Of a DNA stretch of 64,000 nucleotides, positions 38,298-48,592 are shown in pieces (within the stretch, counting starts at the first letter, position 1; each line of letters opens with the position of its first letter). The DNA lies in contig CAWJET010000002.1 of assembly GCA_963842085.1 (NCBI GenBank), forward strand, positions 832,001 through 896,000, given 5' to 3'. The notes below the pieces were generated by a model. That model was not told the origin of the DNA. It did no database searches and worked only from the letters and a program-made list of their open reading frames with translations. A program made the translations under genes and the position numbers. This DNA comes from an uncultured delta proteobacterium (GTDB taxonomy: Bacteria > Desulfobacterota > Binatia > Binatales > Binataceae).

Positions 38298-38408
38298 CGA
38301 CTTGATCCCGCCTTGAAAGGCGCTGCGGCAGGTTCCTGCCGCAGCGCCCTGATTGCCCTTGCCGCCCTTTGCTCGAGGCTGCCGTCAAGCTATACATTTT
38401 GTAGCGCT

Positions 38409-40937
38409 ATGGTGCAGGTTGTGACATTGCGGGGGACGGTGCGATCTCTGCTCCCGGTTTTGCTGCCGCTTCTTTGCTGCCTCGCTCGGCCCACTGTCGC
38501 GGGCGCAAACGGACCAGTCCGTTTACGCCGACGCGCTCGTCAACGGCTGGCAGAATTGGAGTTGGGCGACGGTGAATCTAAGCAACACCACGCCAGTTCA
38601 ATCCGGCACCGACTCTATCAGCGTAGGCGCAGGGCCCTACCAGGCGCTTTACCTGCATCACGACGCTTTCGATTCCACCCTCTACACCGGTCTGGTTTTC
38701 TGGATTAACGGCGGCTCGACCGGCGGCCAGCTGCTGCAAGTCCAGGCGACGCTTAACGGCTCGGCGCAGACTGTCGTGACTCTGCCTGCCCTCGCGGCTA
38801 ACACATGGCAGCAAGTGACAATTCCGCTGTCCTCGCTCGGCGTGCAGAGCCAACCGGACCTCGACGGATTCTGGATCCAGGACCGCAGCGGCATGACACT
38901 TCCAACATTTTTCGTGGATACCGTCTCATTCAAAGCACAGCCTGCGCCCAGCGCGGTGAACGTCACGGTCGACGCAGCGCAGGCGGTCCGAGTGGTCGAC
39001 GCGCGCGATTTCGCCGTCAATGCAGCCGTGTGGGACGCTGACTTCGACACGAATAACACGATCAACCTGCTGACCGAAATGGGCGCTCAGGCGATGCGGT
39101 TCCCCAGCGGTTCGCTCTCCGACGATTACCACTGGGCGACCAACACGACGGACAGCAACACCTGGCAATGGGCTACGTCGTTCGATAGTTTTGCCCAGGT
39201 TGCGACCACTGTCGGCGCGCAGGCCTTCATTACCGCCAACTACGATTCGGGCACGTCGGCGGAGGCGGCCGCCTGGGTCCAGGAATCCAACATCACCAAG
39301 CACTACGGCTTCAAGTATTGGGAAATCGGCAATGAGTGCTATGGCTCATGGGAGACTGACAATAACACTGTCCCACACGATCCCTACACCTACGCGCAGC
39401 GCTTCCAGCAATACTACACGCAGATGAAGGCGGTTGACCCTACGATCAAGATTGGCGCAGTGGCGGTCACGGGCGAGGACAGTTACGCAAACTACACAAC
39501 TCATCCTGCGGTCAATCCGCGAACCGGGCAAACGCACTATGGCTGGACGCCTGTGATGCTCACAACCATGCGCAGCCTGGGCGTTACCCGGACTTCCTGA
39601 TCTATCATCGCTATGCGCAAGCGCCGGGTGCGGAGAGCGACCAGGGACTGCTGCTTTCCAACGGCACCTGGAGGACCGACGCCGCCGACCTTCGCCAGCA
39701 GTTGAACGATTATCTGGGCGCTGCCGCCCCGGGCGTCGAACTGGACTGCACCGAAAACAACTCCGTCTATTCCAACCCCGGCAAGCAGACTACCAGCCTG
39801 GTGAATGGGCTGTTCCTGGCCGACAGCATTTGCGCCGCGATGAACACCGAGTTCAACTCAGTTGTATGGTGGGACCTGCGCAACGGCCAGGATACGACCA
39901 ACAACAATTCCTCGTCGCTCTACGGATGGCGTCAGTACGGCGACTACGGCGTAGTTGACAGCGCCGACCCCGCCGGACCGGCTGACACCTATCCAACGTT
40001 TTACGTCGCAAGGCTGCTGCAACACTTCGCCCGCGGCGGCGACCAGCTGGTCAGCTCCACGAGCGACTATCCGCTCCTCAGCGTGTGCGCCGCCCAGCGT
40101 ACCAACGGAATGTTGACGCTGCTGGTCGTGAACAAGAGTGCGAGCAACGCGCTCAACGCCAATATCACTATCGGCGGCGCATCACCGGGAAGCACCGGCA
40201 CTTTGTATTCCTACGGTATCCCGCAAGACAACGCGGCGGAGACGGGCGTCGGCTCCGCCGACATCGCGACCAGTCTCACGACCGGCCTATCGAACAATTT
40301 CTCGTTCACCTTCCCGGCCTACTCCGCCAACGTCATAGCATTTGGCGCCGGCGGAGCACCTTCGCCAACGCCGACCGCTACCAGCACGGCCACTCCGACC
40401 GCAACTGCCACGGCAACTGGAACGCCAACAGCCACCAGCACAGCTACAAGCACCGCAACGGGAACGGCAACACCTACTGCCACTGCAACTAATACAGCCA
40501 CAGCTACGCGAACCGCGACAGCTACGCCCACTGCGACTGCCACGGCCACGATTACGGCCACCGCGACTGGCACGGCAACCCCTACGGCCACGCGCACAGC
40601 CACGCCGACCGCGACTCCGACGCCGGTGGCTGTCGGTGCAGTCAAGCCCACCAGTTTGAGCTTTGGGAAGAGCGCCATCGGTACGACCAGTGCCGCCAAG
40701 ACCGTCACTCTTACCAACAGCGGAGCCGGTTCACTCAGCGTATCAAGTATTTCCGCCACCGCGGGCTTCATCCAGACCAACACCTGCAGCTCGCCTCTCC
40801 TAGCTGGAAAAAGCTGCAGTATTTCGGTGAAGTTCGCGCCAACCGTCATAGGCACTATCAGCGGGTCTCTAACGATTAACGACAACGCGGCCAACACGCC
40901 GCAGGTCGTCAGTTTGAGCGGAAAAGGCATCAAGTGA
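38409..40937 (+). pseudogene. Secreted glycoside hydrolase (clan GH-A, GH44/GH51-like) with N-terminal CBM-like module, T/A/P linker and C-terminal ASH/choice-of-anchor-D-like domain; two frameshifts
   Basis: Signal peptide from ATG 38409, shift to AQTDQSVYADALVNGWQNWSW; RFPSGSLSDDYHW; YWEIGNE; shift near 39590 (GVT/PDFLIYHRY) into the 39702 frame. Confidence 0.75.
40363..40626 (+). repeat. Coding low-complexity repeat (Thr-Ala/Thr-Pro linker)
   Basis: PSPTPTATSTATPTATATATGTPTAT... with varied codons. Confidence 0.85.
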
Positions 40938-40980
40938 GTGTGGCGCCTTTAATGGCGCACTCGACTTGCCACTTCCAAGA

Positions 40981-41107
40981 CTAGCAGGTTGCGGAAAAAC
41001 TCAATGAAAGACGATTTCGGCGAAGAGTAAGCATTACTACGATCACGAGAATGCGTCTTGGATCAATGTCATCAGGAGTCAAAAACCCTTTTTCCGCAAC
41101 CTGCTAG
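40981..41107. mobile_element. MITE, 127 bp, with perfect 19-bp terminal inverted repeats including CTAG ends
   Basis: CTAGCAGGTTGCGGAAAAA (40981-40999) and TTTTTCCGCAACCTGCTAG (41089-41107); AT-rich interior with no transposase. Confidence 0.8.
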
Positions 41108-41201
41108 CGCCCGGACACGCTAATTCTGCATTTGAGCCGGCATTCTGTCGTTGGCCCCGTTCACGGCAGGATTGAACAGCGATATGACCAAAATGCGGCC
41201 A

Positions 41202-41217
41202 ATGTACTAAGGTACAG
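41202..41217. promoter_or_regulatory. Palindromic regulator box 4 (ATGTACTAAGGTACAG)
   Basis: TGTAC-TAAG-GTACA, followed by TATCTCTGC as in box 3; GAAATT at 41241; upstream of the second K-channel gene. Confidence 0.7.
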
Positions 41218-41358
41218 TATCTCTGCTTAAAGAGATGAGGGAAATTGTGAACGAGTCTTTGAAGAAAATGCCGGCCAGGGCGTAGTGGTCTTCTATGGCA
41301 TCGCAGAGCCCGTTCGCGTGCCGATGATCGGTCCTCCACGCCAGCCGTAGGCAATTCA

Positions 41359-42108
41359 TTGGAAAAACTGGGCGCAGCGATCCACCGACGTTTCGCACCG
41401 CATCGACACAGCGCCCTGCTCGGGGCGCTCATAGCTGCGTTCGCGGTGCGCCCACTGATCGGAGACACTGGAGCGGGTTTCCTCGTATTCGGCATTGCAT
41501 TGGTGGTCGTGTTACTGGTGGCCCTCTACAACATCAACGTCGATGAGTTGGTGGGTGAAAGAGGACGCCTGCTGGCCCAAGGCAGGCGGCGACGAATTTT
41601 GGGTTGGGTGCTCGCCTCGGCAGCCGGAGCAGAACGAATAGCAACCATCTTTGTGCAGACCCCGATGCTCAACCTGGCAGGCACTATCTGCTGGCTGTTA
41701 TTCGTAGCGTTTGTCACGGTCAGCGAGTTGCGCAGCGTTCTGAAGCAACGAGAGGTCACCGGGGAAACCATTTGCATGGCAGTTTCCGTCTACCTCTTGC
41801 TCGGTTTTTCCTGGGCTCTTCTGTACGCAATTATATTCGAGCGGCATCCGGAGTCCTTTGCCGGCATCGTGACCGCAAACCCCAGCCAGCCGACCGGGTT
41901 TCAACACTTTTTCCCGATTCTCGGCTACTTCAGCCTGACTACGCTGTCCACTATCGGCTTTGGCGACATTACGCCGCTGACTCTTCAAGCACGCTACGCA
42001 GCAGTCGCCGAAGGCATAACCGGTCAATTCTATCTGGCGATTCTGGTCGCGCGGCTGGTCGGACTGCAGATGACTAAATCAGCGAGTCAACGCGCGGAAA
42101 AACCATGA
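41359..42108 (+). CDS. Potassium channel family protein (paralog of 24485..25267)
   Basis: YFSLTTLSTIGFGDITPLTLQARYAAVAEGITGQFYLAILVARLVG, identical to the paralog. Confidence 0.88.
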   Translation: MEKLGAAIHRRFAPHRHSALLGALIAAFAVRPLIGDTGAGFLVFGIALVVVLLVALYNINVDELVGERGRLLAQGRRRRILGWVLASAAGAERIATIFVQTPMLNLAGTICWLLFVAFVTVSELRSVLKQREVTGETICMAVSVYLLLGFSWALLYAIIFERHPESFAGIVTANPSQPTGFQHFFPILGYFSLTTLSTIGFGDITPLTLQARYAAVAEGITGQFYLAILVARLVGLQMTKSASQRAEKP

Positions 42109-42184
42109 TGTTCCAGCGAGCGAATCGACACGCACCGTCGCGGCGAAAGGATGAGCCAGGCGCGGCTTCAGAACTACCCCCAAG

Positions 42185-43273
42185 TCAGACTGGCGTGTTA
42201 TTCTCTGGGCTTACAGCCACAGACGCGGTCCACTGCTCTAAAAGGCTGTAGCCCAATGCTACCAGCGTCGGCCCAAGGAACATCCCGATAACACCGAACG
42301 CGAGTGCTCCACCGAGCACTCCTAGCATCACGAGAATCATCGGCGTCGAGCCGCCATGGCTGATGAGCAACGGCTTCACGACATTGTCCAGCATTCCGAC
42401 CATCACTCCCCATGTCATGATAAACACCGCCCACGCGGTCGAGCCTTGTCGATACAGCCAGAACGCAGCCGGCGCCGCGACGAGCGGCGGTCCGCCCGGG
42501 AGAAATGACAGCACAAAGGTGATGAACCCCAGGGACACGGAGCCAGGGACTCCGGCGACAGCGAAGCCAATCGCTGCGACCACGCCCTGGAGAAGCGCGG
42601 TTCCCAGAACGCCGTAAACGACCGCCCGAATCGTCGCACCCGCCAGAGCGAGAAGACGATCGCCTCTCTCCCCGGCGAGCCGATGAAGCGCGCCCTGGAG
42701 TTGATCGGCTGCGGCATGTCCATCGCGATAGAAAAAGAACGCGATCAGCAGGCTCAAAGCGATCTGGAAGCTACCCTCGGCCAGCCTGCTTCCGCCCCAC
42801 AAGACGACCGTCTTCGCCGCGGGCAGCAGCCTGGCCAATTCCCGGATTCTCACCGAACTGCTCTCGTTCAGGTAGTTCCAGTAGTCGGCGATATGGCTGC
42901 CGACCAGCGGGACGCTCGCGACCCAATCGGGCGGACTCGGCGGACCCTCCTGGATCAGTTTCTGGCTCGCCGAGATCAGCGCCGATACGTTGTCGGCCAG
43001 CGTAGCTCCCAGGATCGCAACCGGCACAACTATGATCGCGGCCAGGAACAGCGTGGCAAGCAACGCCGACAGTGTCCGTCGTCCGCCAAGCATCTTTTCA
43101 AGCCTGAGAAACAGCGGCCAGGTCGTGAAACAGAGAATCACGGCCCATAGCGCCGCGGATATAAATGGACGCAGGACCAGCAGGCATAAGAGTCCCAGCA
43201 TCACCACAGCCGTGCCGCCAATCCACAGCTCGACCTGGCTTCGCCCCGCGCGCTCGACCGGAGTATCAGCCAT
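42185..43273 (-). CDS. AI-2E family transporter
   Basis: PFISAALWA, FFFYRDG, DNVVKPLL, GVLGGALAFG, GMFLGP. Confidence 0.9.
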   Translation of the reverse strand: MADTPVERAGRSQVELWIGGTAVVMLGLLCLLVLRPFISAALWAVILCFTTWPLFLRLEKMLGGRRTLSALLATLFLAAIIVVPVAILGATLADNVSALISASQKLIQEGPPSPPDWVASVPLVGSHIADYWNYLNESSSVRIRELARLLPAAKTVVLWGGSRLAEGSFQIALSLLIAFFFYRDGHAAADQLQGALHRLAGERGDRLLALAGATIRAVVYGVLGTALLQGVVAAIGFAVAGVPGSVSLGFITFVLSFLPGGPPLVAAPAAFWLYRQGSTAWAVFIMTWGVMVGMLDNVVKPLLISHGGSTPMILVMLGVLGGALAFGVIGMFLGPTLVALGYSLLEQWTASVAVSPENNTPV

Positions 43274-45707
43274 GTGAACGCTCGCGTAGCTCTTGCAGCA
43301 TCTGGCGGACTTGCGGATTGTTCGGCTCGAGCTCGTCGAGGCGCTGCGCATAGATCAGCGCTTTGGCGGGCTCGCCGGACTGTTCCAGGAAGTTCACCAG
43401 CGCCGCCAGCGAGTCGCGGTCGTAAGGATGCACTTTGATGGACCTCTCCAGCGTCTCGATGGCGGCGCCAGTCTTGCCCGCGTCGTTCAACGCGACCGCA
43501 TACACGTAAACATAACGGGCATTGCCCGGATCGCTGCGCGCGGCGGCGCCGAGCAGCTCGAGCCCTTGCGCGCCGCGCTTCTGACGCACCATCAGCAGAC
43601 CGAGCGCATGCTCGAGCGACGCGTCGTCTGGCGAGCGCCTGATGGCGTCCTCGAGGACGCGTTCGCCCTCTTCGTCCCGGTTCTGTCCGCGATAAAGGTC
43701 CGCCAGGTTGACGGCCGCGGGCGCGAAACTCGAGTCGAGCGACAATGCGGTCTTGAGTTCCGCCTCAGCCTGGTCGAAGTGTTTCTCCCGGGCGTACAGC
43801 AATCCCAGATTCATATGCGCCTCGGGACGGTCCGCGTCCAATTCCTGCGCGCTGACGTACTCGTCGGTAGCGCGACTGAAGGCAGCGGCAACATCTGGGG
43901 GCAGTTCGTCCGCGGGCAACCCAACCAGCACTTCTGCCGCCTCGATCCGCGCGGCGCGGACAGGATCGCCCAGGAGCGGCGCCAGAATGGTTGCGCTGGC
44001 GGCTGGATCGGAGTTTGACATGGCGCGGGCGGCAGCGCGTCTCACCAGCGTCGAATCGTCGGCGACTCCGGCGCGAACCGCCGCATCAGTCGGAGGCGGA
44101 GCGTAGGCAGCGAGCATCGAGAGCGCAGTGGCGCGAGCGATTGCAGGCTGCTGACGGTCCGCGACCAATCGTTCGAGCGATTGAGCCGCGCCAGGTGCAC
44201 CGGCCGCTCCGCCATCCAGCGTCTCAGCGAATCGCTGAAACCCCTCAGGTGTGCGCCCGTACCACTTGTTCACGGCATCCAACGCCCACTGGGCCGACTT
44301 GTCCGTGTGGCAATTCGTGCACGCGTTGGGAGTGCCCAGCTTCACGGATAGATCGGGCCTCGGGATCCGGATGCTGTGGTCGCGACGCGGATCGACGACC
44401 ATGTATGTGCGCGTTGGCATGTGACACTCGACGCATCGCGCGCCCGCCGATCCCACTTTGTGGAAATGATGCCGCGGCGAATCGTACTTACCCGCCGAAT
44501 GGCACTGCATACAAACATCGTTGCCCTCGGCCCGAAGCCTGGAACTGTGTGGCTCGTGACAATCGCTGCAAGTCACACCTGCATGAAACATCCGGCTCTG
44601 GATGAAGGAGCCGTATTCGTAGTCCTCCGCCTTTATCTGCCCATCCGGGTAATAGAGGTCTTCATCCAGCAGCGCAACTCGATAATCGTCGCCCACCGGC
44701 TGGCCATGCACGCAGTCTTCGTGAATCTCGCCGCGCCGCGCGTGGCATCGCGCGCACATCTGGATCTCCCGCTCGGTGAGTCGCGGCGCGCTGCGACGCA
44801 CGTTGCCGCTGGCAGGGTCGATCGCCCAGGCGACGCCTTTCCGCTCGTCAAGCGCGATCGTCAAGCCTTCGTTGTCAAAGTTCTTCCCATCGCCCTGCTT
44901 ATTCGCCCACGCCACGTGATTGGAGCCGGGACCGTGGCAAGCTTCGCACGCAACATTAATCTCGGCATAGGCGGTGGCGAAGGTACGCGTCCGCAGGTCG
45001 TAGTTCTTGCGCACGTTGGTCGAATGGCAATCGGCACACATGTAGTTCCAGTTCTGATCGATGCCGGTCCAATGCCTCGAGTCCCGCGCCGCGATCTTCT
45101 GGCCCGGATAGAGAAAGAACCATCGCTGGCCGCCGCGTTCGCGTGGCCGGGTGTCCCAGGCGATGCCGAATGCCTGCAGGCGTCCGCCGGGCATCGCGAT
45201 GAGATACTGCTGCAGCGGATACACGCCGAACGTGTATTCGATTTCGTAGTCATGAAGCGCGCCGTCGGGACCGTCGGTGCGGACCATGAACTTCGAGCCA
45301 TTGCGAAAGAAACTCGACGTGACGCCATTGTTGTCGAAACCCGCGTGGTTGAAATCGCCCAGGACCGTGGAAACTGCTGCCGTTTGCATGGCCAGTTGAT
45401 GATGCGAGCCGCGCCAGAGGACGGCTTCGCGCTCGTGACAGGTCGCGCACTGCGCGGCGCCGACGAATTTCGCGCCGACCAACGGGGATGTCGTCATTGG
45501 AACCACGGCACGCGCCGTTTCGCGGTTCCGTAGCGCCAGGAGGACTAAGGCAATCACGGACAGGGCAAGTATCGGCAGCAGCCAGGCAAAAGATGTGAGC
45601 CCGCGACGCGACTTTGGCAACGCCGCGGACGGCTGCGCTCGCGCCACGGTCCTTTCGGTTCCAGCAGTGTTAGCCCGCTTGTTCCGGTCCTTTTTCTTCC
45701 TGCTCAA
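43266..45707 (-). CDS. Membrane-anchored octaheme c-type cytochrome with HEAT and TPR repeats
   Basis: Eight CxxCH motifs: CATCH, CADCH, CEACH, CARCH, CSDCH, CMQCH, CVECH, CTNCH; N-terminal TM; C-terminal TPRs. Confidence 0.9.
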   Translation of the reverse strand: MSRKKKDRNKRANTAGTERTVARAQPSAALPKSRRGLTSFAWLLPILALSVIALVLLALRNRETARAVVPMTTSPLVGAKFVGAAQCATCHEREAVLWRGSHHQLAMQTAAVSTVLGDFNHAGFDNNGVTSSFFRNGSKFMVRTDGPDGALHDYEIEYTFGVYPLQQYLIAMPGGRLQAFGIAWDTRPRERGGQRWFFLYPGQKIAARDSRHWTGIDQNWNYMCADCHSTNVRKNYDLRTRTFATAYAEINVACEACHGPGSNHVAWANKQGDGKNFDNEGLTIALDERKGVAWAIDPASGNVRRSAPRLTEREIQMCARCHARRGEIHEDCVHGQPVGDDYRVALLDEDLYYPDGQIKAEDYEYGSFIQSRMFHAGVTCSDCHEPHSSRLRAEGNDVCMQCHSAGKYDSPRHHFHKVGSAGARCVECHMPTRTYMVVDPRRDHSIRIPRPDLSVKLGTPNACTNCHTDKSAQWALDAVNKWYGRTPEGFQRFAETLDGGAAGAPGAAQSLERLVADRQQPAIARATALSMLAAYAPPPTDAAVRAGVADDSTLVRRAAARAMSNSDPAASATILAPLLGDPVRAARIEAAEVLVGLPADELPPDVAAAFSRATDEYVSAQELDADRPEAHMNLGLLYAREKHFDQAEAELKTALSLDSSFAPAAVNLADLYRGQNRDEEGERVLEDAIRRSPDDASLEHALGLLMVRQKRGAQGLELLGAAARSDPGNARYVYVYAVALNDAGKTGAAIETLERSIKVHPYDRDSLAALVNFLEQSGEPAKALIYAQRLDELEPNNPQVRQMLQELRERSHG

Positions 45708-45802
45708 CGATCAACTCTTGAAAAACGAGCCTCGGGCGCCTCTGGCCGGGCGCTTCGTGACGAACAAGCTTACGATCTGCTTGGAACCAGGTTCATGTCA
45801 TA

Positions 45803-45818
45803 TGCGACCAAAGTCCAA
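45803..45818. promoter_or_regulatory. Palindromic regulator box 5 (TGCGACCAAAGTCCAA), between divergent genes
   Basis: GAC-CAAA-GTCCAAT; TACTAT at 45843; weaker copy GGAACCAGGTTC near 45783. Confidence 0.65.
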
Positions 45819-45886
45819 TTGCCCGACTCCCTCTGCGGTTCGTACTATTCCCCCAAGTGTCGCGGCGAAAAGATCGGGAGGGAAGA

Positions 45887-46579
45887 ATGGTGCCGACTGC
45901 CAAGATCAGCGTTGGACCTCAAAATGGCACCGCGAAGGAAGCCCTGAATATCAAACCAGATGCGACAATCGGACGCATCAGGGTCGCAATAATCGAAGAT
46001 GACGAGCGCGTGCGGCACGCACTCGCCTTTCAGCTCAGCACGGCCGGCTTCGAGGTCGCTGCTTACTCTTCCGCGGAAGAACTTCTCGACGAGGTTGATG
46101 CGAAGGATTGCGATTGCATCGTGGCCGACATTTACCTGCCGAGAATGAACGGGCTTCAGCTTCAGGAGGAACTCAGTCGCACCGTTCCTTACGCGTCGAT
46201 AGTTTTCATCACCGGTCATGGCGATCTTTCACTCGGAATGCAGGCGATGAGGAAAGGCGCCGTGGATTTCCTCGAAAAGCCGGTTGACGATCAAGCTCTG
46301 CTGAGCTCGATAGCGCGCGGCGCCCATCTTTCGCGCCGACTGCGCGCCGAACAATTGCAGCGGATCGAACTTGAAGAACTCCAGCGCTCGCTGACCCCCC
46401 GCGAACGCGAAGTCTTCGGCCTGATAACCACCGGTTTGCTCAACAAGCAAGTCGCCAGCGAATTGGGAACAACCGAACGGACCGTCAAAGCTCATCGCGC
46501 AAGTGTGATGAGCAAAATGGGCGCCGGCTCACTCGCCGACCTGGTGCGCATGTCTGGCATCCTCCACATTCACGCCTAA
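45887..46579 (+). CDS. FixJ/StyR/TodT-family response regulator
   Basis: IIEDD, ADIYLP, TGHGD, GAVDFLEKP, LTPREREV, GLLNKQVASELGTTERTVKAHR. Confidence 0.93.
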   Translation: MVPTAKISVGPQNGTAKEALNIKPDATIGRIRVAIIEDDERVRHALAFQLSTAGFEVAAYSSAEELLDEVDAKDCDCIVADIYLPRMNGLQLQEELSRTVPYASIVFITGHGDLSLGMQAMRKGAVDFLEKPVDDQALLSSIARGAHLSRRLRAEQLQRIELEELQRSLTPREREVFGLITTGLLNKQVASELGTTERTVKAHRASVMSKMGAGSLADLVRMSGILHIHA

Positions 46580-46653
46580 GTAAAATGACGGATTTGGCGC
46601 ACCTCGCCGTTCTCGCCGTGCCTCTGAGCACTTCGCGCAATTGACGGTCAGCG

Positions 46654-48000
46654 CTATGCGCGCCTCAATGCTCTGACTCGATTTCTTTCGGCAACCGGGA
46701 GTGTGAAGCTGAACGTCGCGCCGCGGTCGGGATTCGGCGTCGCCCAGATTCTGCCGCCGTGACTCTCTACTATCGATCGGGTCACGAGCAGACCCAGTCC
46801 CATGCCGTCGCTCTTGGTCGTAATAAATGGCTCGAACAGCCGGTTCGCGACGGCAGGGTCAATCCCTCCACCGCTGTCGCATACGCTCAGGGCGACCCAT
46901 CCGGTCTTCTCGGGGGCGACCTTGATGGTTACGTCGCGGCGGTCAGACTTGGCCTCGGCGATCGCGTCGAAGGCGTTCATGACCAGATTCAGCACGCACT
47001 GCTGCAACTGGATAGCGTCGCCGATGACGCGCTGCCCCGATGGCGAAACCTCGATCTGCACCGAGATCTTCCGGACTGCGGCCTCTCCGGCAACCAGCTT
47101 CACTACTTCGCCGACCATCGCGCCGATCGCGATTGCGGTTTTGTGCTCCACGTGGTTCTTGAACATGAAGCGAATCCGCCGAACGAGCTCAGCCGTTCGT
47201 TTGGTGTCTTCAATCGCACTCTTGACCGCCTCCAAGGCCATGGCGGGCTCTGGATTTCCCCGGGACAGCAGCCGCGCGACACCTCCGAGGTTGCTCAAAA
47301 TCGCGCCGAGCGGCTGGTTGATTTCGTGCGAAAGCGAGGCCACCAGTTCGCTCATCAGGTTGCGGCGCGTGGCCGTCCTGAGTTCAGCGCGAGCCGCTTG
47401 GATTGTCACTACTGACTGCTTGCGCTCGATCGCGCTTCCAAAGAGTCGTACCGCGAGGGCCAGGCGATCGAGCAGCTCGGGCGGCCATTGCCGGGCCGAA
47501 CGGAACTTGCCGAAACTCGCTGCTCCAATGACTCGGCCGCCAGCCCACATCGGGATCACCGCCGACGCCTTGGGCCCATACCGTTCTACAAAACGCCTTG
47601 CATCCTCCAGTTCAGCCGGAATTTCACTTGGCCGCGAGAACGTAATCGGATTGCCGGCCATGACCCATTCGATGGTGGCCTGGAAGACCTTCTCCGGATC
47701 GTAGCTCCGCGGAAAGGGCGGGAAATCCGCTCGACGCCAGGTATGTGTCGTACGCACGGGCCCGCCAGGCTCATCACGCTCGTAGATTCCGCTTCTATCG
47801 AGATCCAGCGCATGACAGATCTTGCCCAGCCAGGATTCGATTTCGCGGTCGACTGCGTCAGCCGGCACGCGCGCCATCGCCGCCGATAGTTCGCCCACCA
47901 GTGATTCGAAGCGCTGAACCTCTTTCCGTTCGCGGCCGACGCGCGCGGTCCTGCCAGGTTTCGGCTCGATAGTGGCAGTGGTCGCTCGTCGTTGCATCAA
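46654..48000 (-). CDS. Soluble GAF-domain sensor histidine kinase (paralog of 11601..12854)
   Basis: SHEINQPL, NLVMNAFDA, DSGGG, FITTK, GMGLGL; no TM helix seen. Confidence 0.92.
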   Translation of the reverse strand: MMQRRATTATIEPKPGRTARVGRERKEVQRFESLVGELSAAMARVPADAVDREIESWLGKICHALDLDRSGIYERDEPGGPVRTTHTWRRADFPPFPRSYDPEKVFQATIEWVMAGNPITFSRPSEIPAELEDARRFVERYGPKASAVIPMWAGGRVIGAASFGKFRSARQWPPELLDRLALAVRLFGSAIERKQSVVTIQAARAELRTATRRNLMSELVASLSHEINQPLGAILSNLGGVARLLSRGNPEPAMALEAVKSAIEDTKRTAELVRRIRFMFKNHVEHKTAIAIGAMVGEVVKLVAGEAAVRKISVQIEVSPSGQRVIGDAIQLQQCVLNLVMNAFDAIAEAKSDRRDVTIKVAPEKTGWVALSVCDSGGGIDPAVANRLFEPFITTKSDGMGLGLLVTRSIVESHGGRIWATPNPDRGATFSFTLPVAERNRVRALRRA

Positions 48001-48199
48001 GGTAGAGTGGCGTCGGGGTCAAATACCGGGGCTGGAGGAGCGGTACCCGGAATGCGGGACGAAATCTGATCCCTTCGCTGCGCACCTTAACAAGAATAGA
48101 AAGTTGCATCAAAGGGGATCGTCGCGAACAAACAGATGGCAGCAAACTGGATCGTCGCGAAGATTTAACGAAAGAATCGCGGGAGCGCCTTGACAGCGC

Positions 48200-48592
48200 C
48201 TAGTGAGGCGAATTTACGGGGGTCCGCAACGCCTTGCGAATCGCTCGTAGCAAGTCTTTTTCATCGAAAGGCTTCAGCAAGCTCGCAATCGGGTGCGCCT
48301 CGCGCATCATTTTCCTGGTCTGCGGATCGTCGCGGCCGCTTATCAAGATCGTCGGCAGGCACCGTCCTGACGCAGTCATTTCCCGGCATAGTTCAAAGCC
48401 GGTCATTCCCGGCATGTAAACGTCCAGCAGCAGGCACGCGCTGCCAGTCGGGACCTCGCTCGTCAGGAATTCCTCCGCGTTCTGAAAGTCCAAAACGTCG
48501 AATCCCAAAATCCGCAGTTGCCTTCGCAGCGCCCCACGGATGGACGCGTCGTCATCTACCACAATCACTGTCGCCGCCGATTTGTTTCCCAA
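48200..48592 (-). CDS. Stand-alone response regulator receiver domain
   Basis: VVDDD, LDVYMPGMTG, ISG, LLKPF. Confidence 0.88.
   Translation of the reverse strand: MGNKSAATVIVVDDDASIRGALRRQLRILGFDVLDFQNAEEFLTSEVPTGSACLLLDVYMPGMTGFELCREMTASGRCLPTILISGRDDPQTRKMMREAHPIASLLKPFDEKDLLRAIRKALRTPVNSPH

Noticed and set aside
40363-40626. Repetitive ACnGCn tract as a CRISPR array or DNA tandem repeat
   Set aside because: It is an in-frame Thr/Ala/Pro linker with variable third positions. There is no repeat-spacer structure and no cas gene in the window.
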